NCBI GenBank assembly: GCA_963753345.1
Contig: CAVWBU010000031.1
Span: 53,972 to 117,971, forward strand
Direction: 5' to 3'
Origin: an uncultured Fibrobacterota bacterium
GTDB taxonomy: Bacteria > Fibrobacterota > Chitinivibrionia > Chitinivibrionales > FEN-1185
DNA length: 64,000 nt
Shown: positions 21,823 to 30,786 of the stretch, piece after piece
Position numbering within the stretch: position 1 is the stretch's first letter
Layout: each line of letters opens with the position of its first letter
Made by a program: the position numbers and the translations under genes
The notes under the pieces: model-generated
What the model was told of the DNA's origin: nothing
Databases searched by the model: none
What the model saw: the letters and a program-made list of their open reading frames with translations, nothing else

Positions 21823-23706
21823 ATGAAAGTCCCGTTTCCCAATCTTATCATCCGGTACCGGCTGGTGATCATCATTCTGATGCACGCGGCTTTTGCCGCC
21901 GCGGCATTGCTCATTGCGTTTCTGCTGCGGTTCGATTTCACGCTCGGCTGGAACAAGTACCCGCAGATGTTCTATCATTCCCTTCCCGTCAACATCGCGG
22001 TCTTTCTCATATTTTCCGGCATCTTCAACCTGTATCAGGGCATCTGGCGCTACGTGAGCGTGGACGATCTCGAAGACATCGTGAAGACCTCGGCCGTTTC
22101 GTCGCTTGTCTTCATGTGCGTCATTGTTTTCAGCGAACATTTCCACGGGTATCCGCGCTCGATTTACGTCATGAATTTCGTGCTCTTTATTCTTCTCAAC
22201 GGCGGCACCCGTTTCGCCATCCGTATCTTCCGCGAGACGTTTGTGCCGGAGAGCGAAATTGCGCGCAACGTTCTCATCGTGGGCGCGGGGACCGCGGGCA
22301 ACGAACTTGCCAAGACCCTCAAATCCGCAAAGAACAAGGAATATATCCCGGTGGGCTTCATCGACAAGGACAAATGCACGCACGGCCAGCGCCTGCAGGG
22401 CCTCAAGGTGCTCGGCGACCTTTCGTCCATGAAAAAGCACATCAAGAAATTCCGCGTCCACGAAGTATTCATCGCCATTCCCGAAGCCACGAACAAGCTG
22501 GTCGAGGAAATCATTGAGGCGTCAAAGATCCCCGAATGGGACGTGAAGTTCAAGATCGTGCCTTCCATGCTCGACATCATGAGCGGCAAGTTCCAGCTCA
22601 ACCAGATCCGCGACGTGTCGATCAACGACCTTCTTTCCCGTCCCAACATCACGCTCGACGACACGCATGTGCGCAGGCAGCTGGCGGCCAAGACCGTGCT
22701 GATCACGGGCGCGGGCGGGTCCATCGGCTCGGAACTGTCGTACCAGGTGGCGGCCTACCGGCCCTCGCGGCTCATTCTGCTTGACGCAGGGGAACAGAAC
22801 GCCTACAACGTCGACCAGGACCTCAAGAAGCGCCACCAGGACATCGTGATCCACACCGTGGTGGGCAACATGCTCGACACAGGGTTTATGGACCTTCTTA
22901 TGCGGCGCTACCAGATCGACTGCATCTACCATGCCGCGGCATACAAGCACGTGCACCTGATGGAGTGGAACCCGCTCGCGGCGCTCAAGAACAACGTGCT
23001 CGGCACTGCCATGCTGGCCTCGCTCGCGGAAAAGCACGGGGTGAAGCAGTTCGTGATGATTTCCACCGACAAGGCGGTGAACCCACGGGGCGTCATGGGC
23101 CTGTCCAAGAGGCTTGCGGAGCGCGTGGTGCTGGAGCGCCACAAGTCCGGCACGCTCTTTAATATCGTGCGGTTCGGCAACGTGCTCGGGTCGAGCGGCA
23201 GCGTGATCCCGCTGTTCCAGAAGCAGATCCGCGAGGGCGGGCCGGTCACGGTGACCAGCCCGGAAACGCGGCGCTTTTTCATGTCCATTCCCGAGGCGGT
23301 GCAGCTCGTGCTGCAGGCGTCGACCCTCAACGAATCGAACGCGATCTTCATGCTCGAAATGGGCGAGCCCATAAAGATCGTCGATCTTGCAAAGAACCTT
23401 ATCGAGCTGTCCGGCCTCAAGGTGGGCGAGGACATCGAGATCGTCTTTACGGGCATGAGGCCCGGGGAGAAGATCGAAGAGGAGCTCTTGACGGAGTCGG
23501 AAAACCTGGAGCGCACGCGGTTCGACAAGATCCGGCTCCAGCGCAACGGGAACTTCGACCCGGACCGCATCGAGCGGTTCGTGCACGACCTCAAGTCGAA
23601 CGTGGAGCTCGGCAACGTGAAGGCCGTGTACAACGACATGCGGGAGCTTATCCCGGAAATGGCCGGCCCCTCGTTCGAGGAGATGATGAGGAATATGTTT
23701 GCGTGA
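21823..23706 (+). CDS. Membrane-bound UDP-GlcNAc 4,6-dehydratase (PglF/CapD/WbpM family)
   Basis: N-terminal TMs; LITGAGGSIGSEL, HAAAYKHV, ISTDKAVNP, VRFGNVLGSSGSV. Confidence 0.95.
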   Translation: MKVPFPNLIIRYRLVIIILMHAAFAAAALLIAFLLRFDFTLGWNKYPQMFYHSLPVNIAVFLIFSGIFNLYQGIWRYVSVDDLEDIVKTSAVSSLVFMCVIVFSEHFHGYPRSIYVMNFVLFILLNGGTRFAIRIFRETFVPESEIARNVLIVGAGTAGNELAKTLKSAKNKEYIPVGFIDKDKCTHGQRLQGLKVLGDLSSMKKHIKKFRVHEVFIAIPEATNKLVEEIIEASKIPEWDVKFKIVPSMLDIMSGKFQLNQIRDVSINDLLSRPNITLDDTHVRRQLAAKTVLITGAGGSIGSELSYQVAAYRPSRLILLDAGEQNAYNVDQDLKKRHQDIVIHTVVGNMLDTGFMDLLMRRYQIDCIYHAAAYKHVHLMEWNPLAALKNNVLGTAMLASLAEKHGVKQFVMISTDKAVNPRGVMGLSKRLAERVVLERHKSGTLFNIVRFGNVLGSSGSVIPLFQKQIREGGPVTVTSPETRRFFMSIPEAVQLVLQASTLNESNAIFMLEMGEPIKIVDLAKNLIELSGLKVGEDIEIVFTGMRPGEKIEEELLTESENLERTRFDKIRLQRNGNFDPDRIERFVHDLKSNVELGNVKAVYNDMRELIPEMAGPSFEEMMRNMFA

Positions 23707-23731
23707 GAAAAAGATAATCAAATAGAAAAAA

Positions 23732-23793
23732 GTTGAGAAGTTGAGAGTTTAAGTTGAGAGCCGATGACGAAGCGTCGAGGAGTTGAGAGGTTG
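23732..23793 (-). repeat. Octamer array (GTTGAGAR)n upstream of four-helix-bundle gene
   Basis: gttgagaa gttgagag ... gttgagag ... gtcgagga gttgagag. Confidence 0.85.
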
Positions 23794-23802
23794 CCGGGTC
23801 GC

Positions 23803-24165
23803 ATGGACGATCTTCGCTTCCATTTGAAAAACTTACGGGTGTGGCAGAAAGGATCGCTGGCGGTCAGGATTTACAAAGTCACCTCGTCATTCCCTGAGGA
23901 TGAGAAATTCGGCATCGTTTCCCAAATGCGGCGCGCCGCAGTGTCAAAAGCTTCGAACATCGCGGAAGGCGCTTCACGATTGAGCAAGAAAGATCAAGCG
24001 CATTTTTCTCAGATTGCGTATGGCTCGCTTACAGAGCTGCTCTGTCAGGTCAGCATTGCAAACGAACTATCGTTTATTTCAAACGAAGGCTACTCGGATC
24101 TTCGTGTCGAAATCGAAGAAGTTTCCCGGATGCTCAACGCACTGCGAAAATCCCAGATGGGCTAG
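23803..24165 (+). CDS. Four helix bundle protein (23S rRNA IVP / Avd-like family)
   Basis: LRVWQK, IYKVTSSFPEDEKFGIVSQMRRAAVS..SNIAEG, IAYGSLTE. Confidence 0.92.
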   Translation: MDDLRFHLKNLRVWQKGSLAVRIYKVTSSFPEDEKFGIVSQMRRAAVSKASNIAEGASRLSKKDQAHFSQIAYGSLTELLCQVSIANELSFISNEGYSDLRVEIEEVSRMLNALRKSQMG

Positions 24166-24231
24166 TTTCAACTGCAGGATTGACGACGAGAAGGGACAGC
24201 TTGTAACCATCTAAATGGATTGATTTTTGTC

Positions 24232-24335
24232 TTCTCAACTTCTCAGCTTCTCAACCATTCAACTCTCAGCTTTAACGATTGAAGTGGTATCATGTTTTCT
24301 CTTCTCAACTTCTCAACATCCTCAACGTTCTCAAC
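24232..24335 (+). repeat. Octamer array (TTCTCAAC)n downstream of four-helix-bundle gene
   Basis: ttctcaac ttctcagc ttctcaac cattcaac ... ttctcaac ttctcaac atcctcaac gttctcaac. Confidence 0.88.
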
Positions 24336-24341
24336 TATTCC

Positions 24342-25125
24342 ATGAATCCTTTCTCTCCTCGCCAAACTACTCCCTGTTTTTCTGTATCCGGTCGGCATGA
24401 GCGGGGCGCTCGGCCTCGCGGCGGCCGTTGTCGCCCTCAAGAAAAAAACAAGGGCCGCGGCAGTGCTGGCCTTTTGCGCCGTAGGAGTGCTGTGGTTTTT
24501 TTCAACCCCGTTCGTTTCATGGGCGCTTGCGAGGAACCTGGAAGCCAGGTTCGATCCGTCGCCCGTGCTGCCCCGGTGCGGGGCCATCGTGCTTCTGGGC
24601 GGGTGCACCAAGCCCGCGGTCCCTCCGCGGAAGTACGTGGAGGTGAGTTGCGCCGGCGACAGGATAATCCACGCCGCAAGGCTTTACAAACAGGGATACG
24701 CGCCCGTCATCATCGCCACGGGCGGCAAGATCGCGTATGTCTACGATTTTCCCGGGTCCGAGGGCGCCTGCATGGCGAGCATCCTTGCAAACGACTGCGG
24801 CGTGGATTCGTCGGCCATTATCGTGGAGGACAGGGCCAAAGTCACCCGCGATCACGCGCCCAACGTCGAGGCCATTCTGCTTGCGCGCGGGATGTCCAAG
24901 GAGATAATCCTGGTGACGAGCGCCATGCACATGTTCCGTTCCGTCAAGGTGTTCCGCAAGCGCGGCTACGTGGTGCACCCGTCGCCCGCCGATTTCACGG
25001 CCGATGCCAGGTTCCAGTGGAACGCGGTCGCCCTGTTCCCGCGGGGCGAGTGTCTGTTCGGCTCGACCGCCGCGCTGCATGAATATTATGGGATTATTGC
25101 GTATAAGATTTTAGGGTGGATTTAG
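24342..25125 (+). CDS. YdcF/ElyC family (DUF218) protein, probable frameshift near 24352
   Basis: AIVLLGG, IIATGG, SEG, LVTSAMHMFRS, LHEYYG. Confidence 0.88.
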
Positions 25126-25129
25126 AATT

Positions 25130-25288
25130 GGGCGTTCCCCTCCCCCTCGACTTCGCTCGGGGTCGGGTCGGTTCTCCTTCCGGTCTCGGCCTCCGGCCTC
25201 GGGCCGCCACGGCCCTATGGCCCAGAGGGCCGGGTCCGGGCGGCATCCCGCTCTGGCGGGACCTCCAGTCGCCCCTAACGTGCGGCAG
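25130..25288 (+). repeat. Structured repeat family A, copy 4
   Basis: Near-identical to copies 2 and 5. Confidence 0.92.
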
Positions 25289-25372
25289 AGGAGTTCTTAT
25301 CAGTCAACTAGCTCTAAATGCGCCACTTCGTATCCAAGGAAACTGATCGCGGTCTTTTAGCTTCTCAACTCC

Positions 25373-25888
25373 TCAACTTCTCAACCTCTCAACTTCTTCA
25401 ACCATCCTCTTTATCGCTTCTTCCACCGCCCGCCTTCTTACCTCCTGCCTGTTTCCCTTGAATAAATATTTAAAGCTTCTCACTATTTTTCCATTCGCGA
25501 TTCCCACAAAGACAAGCCCCACCGGTTTCTTTTTTGTCCCGCCGCCCGGACCCGCCACGCCCGTTATCGAGATCGCGCAATCGGAAGAAAACAGCCGCCG
25601 GGCGCCGGCCGCCATGGCCTGTGCCGTTTCCGCGCTCACGGCGCCTTTACGTGCGAGAATAGCGGCCGGAACGCCGAGCACGCTGCGCTTTGCCGCGTTT
25701 GCGTAGGAGACGATCCCGCCGGTAAAGTAGGCCGACGATCCGGGAACGGCGGTGATGGCCGCGCCCAGCATGCCGCCGGTGCAGGACTCGGCCAAAGAAA
25801 GCGTGAGCCTGTTTTTGGCGAGCAGGCGGCCGAGCTTTTTCGAAAGCGCGGCGATGCGGGGGCGATGTGCGGCCGGGTGGGGTTTCAC
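25373..25888 (-). CDS. CinA C-terminal / NMN deamidase (PncC) family
   Basis: LSLAESCTGG, PGSSAYF, GAVS, SITGVAGPGGGT..KPVGLV; GTG start overlaps the permease stop. Confidence 0.92.
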   Translation of the reverse strand: MKPHPAAHRPRIAALSKKLGRLLAKNRLTLSLAESCTGGMLGAAITAVPGSSAYFTGGIVSYANAAKRSVLGVPAAILARKGAVSAETAQAMAAGARRLFSSDCAISITGVAGPGGGTKKKPVGLVFVGIANGKIVRSFKYLFKGNRQEVRRRAVEEAIKRMVEEVERLRS

Positions 25889-26733
25889 GGTTGTGCCTCC
25901 CTGACCGGGGCGGCCGCCAAGGTCCGCGGCCTCGCAATGATCCGCTTGACAAGCAGTGCCGCGAAGTAGCACACGCCGGCGACCAGGATGATGGTCGCGC
26001 CCGAAGTGAGGTTGAAATAATAGGAGAGAAACAGCCCGGTTATGGTGAACACCATGCCGAGCAGGCTCGACACAAGCATGATGCGGCTGAGTTTCCTGGT
26101 AAAGAGCTCGGCGATGGATGCGGGTATGGTGAAGAGCGCGATAACGAGGATGAGCCCCACCACGCGGATGAGCACCACCACACACAGCGCGACAAGGATG
26201 AGCACAAGGTAATACAGGGCGCGCACCGGCACGCCGCTGATGAGCGCGAACTCTTCGTCGTAGGAGAGCGCCACGAGCTCCTTGTATAAAAGCACGGTGC
26301 TTATCAGGATGCATACGTCGAGGCCGGCCATAAAGAAAATGCTCTGGCCCGGCACGGCGAGGATGCTGCCGAACAGGTAGCTCATCAGGTCGGCAAAATA
26401 CCCTTTTGTCAAATCGATCATGAGGATGCCGAACGCCATGCCGATCGCCCACACCACGCCCACGATGGTGTCGGCGCGCTCCTTCTTGCGCACGGTCACC
26501 CATCCCATCACGGCCGAGGCCGCGAGCGAAAACAGCATGGCGCCGGCAAGGAGCGGCCACCGGAAGAACACGGCAAGGCCGAGCCCGCCGTAGGCCGCGT
26601 GCGCCACGCCGCCCGACAGCGACGAGAGCCGGTTCACCACCACCAGGCTGCCCACCACGCCGCAGGCGACGCTCACCAGCACGCCCGCGAGCAGGGCGTT
26701 GCGCATGAATTCGTAGTGGAGGATGTCAAACAT
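25885..26733 (-). CDS. znuB: Zn/Mn ABC transporter permease
   Basis: AHAAYGG, YLFGSILAV, VVGLILVIALFTIPA. Confidence 0.85.
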   Translation of the reverse strand: MFDILHYEFMRNALLAGVLVSVACGVVGSLVVVNRLSSLSGGVAHAAYGGLGLAVFFRWPLLAGAMLFSLAASAVMGWVTVRKKERADTIVGVVWAIGMAFGILMIDLTKGYFADLMSYLFGSILAVPGQSIFFMAGLDVCILISTVLLYKELVALSYDEEFALISGVPVRALYYLVLILVALCVVVLIRVVGLILVIALFTIPASIAELFTRKLSRIMLVSSLLGMVFTITGLFLSYYFNLTSGATIILVAGVCYFAALLVKRIIARPRTLAAAPVREAQP

Positions 26734-26751
26734 CGAAGTCCCTGGAAAAAG

Positions 26752-26892
26752 GTTGAAAGTTGGAAGTTGAAAGTTAAAAGTATAACGACCCTTGCATTTT
26801 TCTCCGTGTCCTCCATGCCCCTATGGTGATTCTTCTTTGATTCCTCTTGCTTTCAACTTTCAACATGAAACTTCCAACTTTAAACTTCCAAC
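26752..26892. repeat. Inverted heptamer arrays (GTTGAAA)n ... (TTTCAAC)n around a short spacer
   Basis: gttgaaa gttggaa gttgaaa gttaaaa ... tttcaac tttcaac atgaaac ttccaac tttaaac ttccaac. Confidence 0.85.
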
Positions 26893-27665
26893 TATCGCTC
26901 ATGCGAGTGGTACACCCGGTGCGGCAGGCCGTGCGCGATGAGGTCCACCGGGCAGCCGAACGTGGCGGCGATGGCCTCGTCGTCGAGCACGCCGTCGGGA
27001 TGGTAGAACAGCTTCCTGTTGACGCATGCGACCGACCGTATGTACGACGACACCGCGCCCACGTTGTGCGTGACGAGCACGACCGTGGTCCCCGCCTTGT
27101 TGATCCGCATCATGTGTTCGTAGATTTCGTCTTGTCCCCTGGTGTCGATCGAGGCGGTGGGCTCGTCGAGGAACAGGATCTCCGGATCCGACACCAGCGC
27201 GCGCGCGAGCAGCACCTTCTGGCGCTGTCCGCCCGAAAGTTCGCCGATGCTCCGGTTTGCAAGATGCGACAGCTTCAGTTCATTGAGAATGGCGGCGGCC
27301 TTCTCCCGGTCGTCGCGGGTGTAGGGGCGGAACATGCTCCTCCGGGACAAGAGGCCCATGAGCGCAACGTCGATCACGGAAATGGGAAACCGCTTGTTCG
27401 ACGACGTCTCCTGGGGAATGTAGCCGGCGCGAATGCGGTTTTTCTCCGGCGGCCCTCCCAGAAGCCGCACAATCCCCTGGGTGGGCGAAAGCACGCCGAG
27501 CGCCAGGCGGAGCAAGGTGGTTTTGCCGCCGCCGTTGGGGCCGATGATGCCCACAAAATCGCCGGTGTTGACCGTAAGAGAAACGTTCTCAAGAACGGTT
27601 TCCTCTCCGAACGAGAAAAAGACGCCGGTCATTTCAACGGCCGGTATTGGCAAGGGAGTACTCAT
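26892..27665 (-). CDS. znuC: Zn/Mn ABC transporter ATP-binding protein
   Basis: GPNGGGKTT, LSGGQRQ, LDEPT, C-terminal CPVDLIAHG..H. Confidence 0.88.
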   Translation of the reverse strand: MSTPLPIPAVEMTGVFFSFGEETVLENVSLTVNTGDFVGIIGPNGGGKTTLLRLALGVLSPTQGIVRLLGGPPEKNRIRAGYIPQETSSNKRFPISVIDVALMGLLSRRSMFRPYTRDDREKAAAILNELKLSHLANRSIGELSGGQRQKVLLARALVSDPEILFLDEPTASIDTRGQDEIYEHMMRINKAGTTVVLVTHNVGAVSSYIRSVACVNRKLFYHPDGVLDDEAIAATFGCPVDLIAHGLPHRVYHSHER

Positions 27666-28549
27666 TGCTCCGCCAGCTTTCCAGCCACATTCAGCAGGTT
27701 GTTCTCCCAGTCGTAGGCGAGCGCGTCTGCCTCGAGCACGCCCGCGCCGAGCTCACGGGCGATCACCTCGGCGCTCTTTCGAGAAAACTCCGGTTGCACA
27801 AAAACCGTGTGTATCCGGTAGAACCGAGCGGTATCGATGATCCTCTTCATCATCCGGGGGCTCGGCTCCTTGCCTTCAGCCTCGATGGAAACCTGCCTGA
27901 GGCAATAGTCCTTTGCAAAGTATCCCCACGTCGGATGATACACGAGAAACGCCTTGCGCGCTTTGCCGCCGGCGGCCGAATCGCAGGCAACAAGCGCGCG
28001 GATCCGCAGGTCGAGCGAATCGATGCCGGCAAGAAAAGCGTCACGGTTCCTCGCATACGCGGCTGCGTGAGCGGTGTCTATTTCCGCCAGCGCCGCGGCG
28101 ATGATGCGCGCCTGCTGCTTTACAAGCACGGGTGAGAGCCAGATGTGCGGATCGAGTCCCCGGCCACCGGAGGGGGTTCGGTCGTCGGCGTCCTCGGAGG
28201 GGATTTTCGCGACCCCGCTGTCGGTATGCACGATGCGCATGGCGCGTGAAACAGCGGCAAATTTCGGAAGCCACGGGTTTTCGAACTCCAGCCCGATCGC
28301 GAAATAGACTCTGGCATTTGACAGAAGCGACATCTGGGCCGGGTGCGGCTCGAAGGTGTGGGGGTCGGCGCCGGGCGGAACCATCACCAGGCATTTGACA
28401 AGCCCGCCGCTTATCCTGTCCACAAAGTACTTCTGCGGTACGATGCTCACGAACACGGTGAGGGGTGTGCCTTGCGCGGCGGGCCGGTTGTTGCCGCACA
28501 TGCAGAAGCACGCGAGCGCGGCTGCGAAGAAAAGAGACGGTAGCTTCAC
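27662..28549 (-). CDS. znuA: Zn ABC transporter substrate-binding lipoprotein
   Basis: DPHTFEP, DPHIWLSP, YHPTWGYFA, EGKEP; N-terminal lipobox-like Cys. Confidence 0.88.
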   Translation of the reverse strand: MKLPSLFFAAALACFCMCGNNRPAAQGTPLTVFVSIVPQKYFVDRISGGLVKCLVMVPPGADPHTFEPHPAQMSLLSNARVYFAIGLEFENPWLPKFAAVSRAMRIVHTDSGVAKIPSEDADDRTPSGGRGLDPHIWLSPVLVKQQARIIAAALAEIDTAHAAAYARNRDAFLAGIDSLDLRIRALVACDSAAGGKARKAFLVYHPTWGYFAKDYCLRQVSIEAEGKEPSPRMMKRIIDTARFYRIHTVFVQPEFSRKSAEVIARELGAGVLEADALAYDWENNLLNVAGKLAEQ

Positions 28550-28974
28550 TGCCGCGCCTCCGAACAGCTCCTGCACAGCCCGTGCAAATAGATTTCCTGG
28601 TTTTCCACCACGCGGCCGGTGGTCGCGCGGTCCCATCGCGGGAGCTTCACGCCGGGCAGGCATTCCATCCTGCCGCACTTGCGGCACGAGAAATGCGGGT
28701 GACAGTGTTCCGTGTGCCCGCACGGGCACACCGCGAAGCGCCACTGGTGGCCGGTCGTTTCCATACGGTGAGCGATGTTATGGTCAAGCAGCGACGAGAG
28801 CACGCGGTACACGGTGACTTTGTCGAGCCTCGGAATCGCGGTGCTTATATCGTGATGAGAGAGAGGTTTTTTTGATGAGAGCAACAAGTTGAGGACCGAA
28901 AGCCTGGGTGAGGTCCTCTTGAGGCCGCGGTTAGAGAGGAGAAGAGATGCTTTTGTGAAGGATGAAGGTTTCAT
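28546..28974 (-). CDS. Fur family transcriptional regulator (Zur-like by context)
   Basis: TVYRVL, HPHFSCRKCG, GLCRSC; first gene of the zinc ABC operon. Confidence 0.9.
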   Translation of the reverse strand: MKPSSFTKASLLLSNRGLKRTSPRLSVLNLLLSSKKPLSHHDISTAIPRLDKVTVYRVLSSLLDHNIAHRMETTGHQWRFAVCPCGHTEHCHPHFSCRKCGRMECLPGVKLPRWDRATTGRVVENQEIYLHGLCRSCSEARQ

Positions 28975-29005
28975 AATAAATTTGTAAAGAAATAAAACAA
29001 ATCTT

Positions 29006-29226
29006 GGGCGCCCCGCTGCTTCGCAGCGGCGGCCCTCGTTCACGCTTCGCGCCCTGCGGGCCGCCTTCGGCGGTGGTCTCCGCGCCTCCGGCGCTCCGGC
29101 TCCAGGCTCGGGGCGGCACAAGGCAAGAGACACAATAATGAAGCGCAAAGCGCTATTACTATACCTTGGGGAACGAAGTGACAATGCGCTCCAGCGCACC
29201 TTCCAGTCCTGCCTGGCGCGGGGCGG
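29006..29226 (+). repeat. Structured repeat family A, copy 11 (divergent, with insertion)
   Basis: GGGCGCCCCGCTGC-TTC-GCAGCGG ... ATGCGCTCCAGCGCACCTTCCAGTCCTGCCTGGCGCG. Confidence 0.8.
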
Positions 29227-29291
29227 AAGGGGAAACTTAAAGCCCCCCGTGTCTTTGCCCCAAACGGCAACGCCGGGAAATATAGATACAA

Positions 29292-29308
29292 ATGCAAGTC
29301 AGTTGCAA
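29292..29308. promoter_or_regulatory. Candidate Fur/Zur-family operator
   Basis: Palindrome TGCAA-GTCAG-TTGCA in AT-rich DNA upstream of the fur-znuACB operon. Confidence 0.5.
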
Positions 29309-29350
29309 TAAATTCAGACTGTTTCGTACGGAATGTGTATGGTTTTTGAT

Positions 29351-29394
29351 TTCTCCCCCTTAGCAAGGGGGAGATGCCGTAGGCAGAGGGGGAT
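29351..29394 (+). repeat. Hairpin module C
   Basis: CTCCCCCTT-AGC-AAGGGGGAG-ATGCC-GTA-GGCAG-AGGGGG. Confidence 0.85.
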
Positions 29395-29410
29395 CTTCCG
29401 CAGTGGTTGC

Positions 29411-29550
29411 GTTGCGAAGGTGCGACGACGCGCGAGCGTCAAGCGAGCGCCTTTGGCGCGCACCTTCGCAGGAGGGGGTAGCGGAGGACACCGCAGGCCG
29501 AAGGCCGAGGAGGCCGGAGCGAGGGGGAAACGCGAAGCGGTGCCCCCACC
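29411..29550 (+). repeat. Structured repeat family B (B2 5' stem with B1 middle)
   Basis: GCGAAGGTGCG...CGCACCTTCGC-AGGAGGGGGTAG...GGGGGAAACGCGAAGCGGTGCCCCCACC. Confidence 0.85.
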
Positions 29551-29624
29551 AAGGCAATGTTTCCCGGCCGCGCCTTTACAAAAGGGGGAACGCCCAATTT
29601 ATTATTTAGAGAAAGAAATTGAAA

Positions 29625-30728
29625 CTAGCTATTACGCTTCCCCGCAATAAACTCTTCCGTCATGCGGTACGCTTCGTCATCTGAAAACTGTTCGGGCGGG
29701 TGCTTGCAGAAATACGCGGACGGGGAGCAAAGGGCGCCGCCGAGGCCGCGCGACAGCGCGAGCTTGCAGCAGCGGACGGCGTCGATGGCCACGCCCGCGG
29801 AGTTGGGAGAGTCCTCCACGCTGAGGCGCAGCTCGAGGTTCATGGGCACGCCGCCGAAGAGCCTGCCCTCCATGCGGAGAAAGCAGACCTTCTGGTCGTT
29901 CTGCCAGGCGACGTAGTCGCTGGGGCCGATGTGGATGTCTCGTTTGTCAAGACGCTTCGCGGCAACGGACTGCACCGCCTCGGTCTTGGATTCCTTCTTC
30001 GAGACGAGGCGGCTGCGGTTGAGCATGTTGAGGAAGTCGGTGTTGCCGCCGGTGTTGAGCTGGTAGGTGCGTTCGAGCTTCACCCCGCGCTTGCGGAACA
30101 GGTCGACGAGCGTGCGGTGCGTGATGGTGGCGCCGAGTTGCGCCTTGATGTCGTCGCCGATAAGCGGGATGTTCTTGGCGGCGAACCTGCGCGCCCAGGC
30201 GGGGTCGCTCGCGATGAACACCGGCATATTGTTTACAAAAGCGATTCCCGCCCCGAGGGCGCATTCTGCGTAGAAGTGCGTGGCCTGCTCCGAGCCCACG
30301 GGCAGGTAGTTGAGGAGCATCTCGGCGCGCGTGTCCTTAAGGATGGCGGTCACGTCCTTTGCGGCGGGCTCCCTGCGGCCGGCGGGAACGAACGTGTAGT
30401 CGTCGTCGTACTGCCTCATATGGTCGGAGAGTCCGTCGAGGATTTTCCCCATGGACACCATGACGCCGCTTTTGGGCATGTCGGGACAGAACACGGCGGT
30501 GCAGTTGGGCCTCTGGAAGATGGCGGCGCTCACGTCCCTGCCCACTTTCCTTTTGTCAATGTCGAACGCGGCCACCACCTCGATGTCGGACGGCGCGTAC
30601 CCGCCGATGCGCCGGTGCATGAGGCCGGCGGCTTCCTTCCGGTCCGCGCCTGCGTAATAGTGGATTCCCTGAAGAAGAGAGCTGGCGCAATTGCCCACGC
30701 CGACGATTGCTATCCTGATCTTCTCCAT
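29625..30728 (-). CDS. ino1: Myo-inositol-1-phosphate synthase
   Basis: IVGVGNCASSL, NYLPVGS, GDDIKAQLGAT, YQLNTGGNTDFLNM, DSPNSAG. Confidence 0.95.
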   Translation of the reverse strand: MEKIRIAIVGVGNCASSLLQGIHYYAGADRKEAAGLMHRRIGGYAPSDIEVVAAFDIDKRKVGRDVSAAIFQRPNCTAVFCPDMPKSGVMVSMGKILDGLSDHMRQYDDDYTFVPAGRREPAAKDVTAILKDTRAEMLLNYLPVGSEQATHFYAECALGAGIAFVNNMPVFIASDPAWARRFAAKNIPLIGDDIKAQLGATITHRTLVDLFRKRGVKLERTYQLNTGGNTDFLNMLNRSRLVSKKESKTEAVQSVAAKRLDKRDIHIGPSDYVAWQNDQKVCFLRMEGRLFGGVPMNLELRLSVEDSPNSAGVAIDAVRCCKLALSRGLGGALCSPSAYFCKHPPEQFSDDEAYRMTEEFIAGKRNS

Positions 30729-30786
30729 AGAAACGCCGCCTCCGCGTAACAAAAATAGCTCTTTTACCGGCCGGGTGCCATTGCCC

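Noticed and set aside
23803-24165. Diversity-generating retroelement
   Set aside because: Only an Avd-like gene is present; no reverse transcriptase and no TR/VR pair with adenine-specific differences seen in the window
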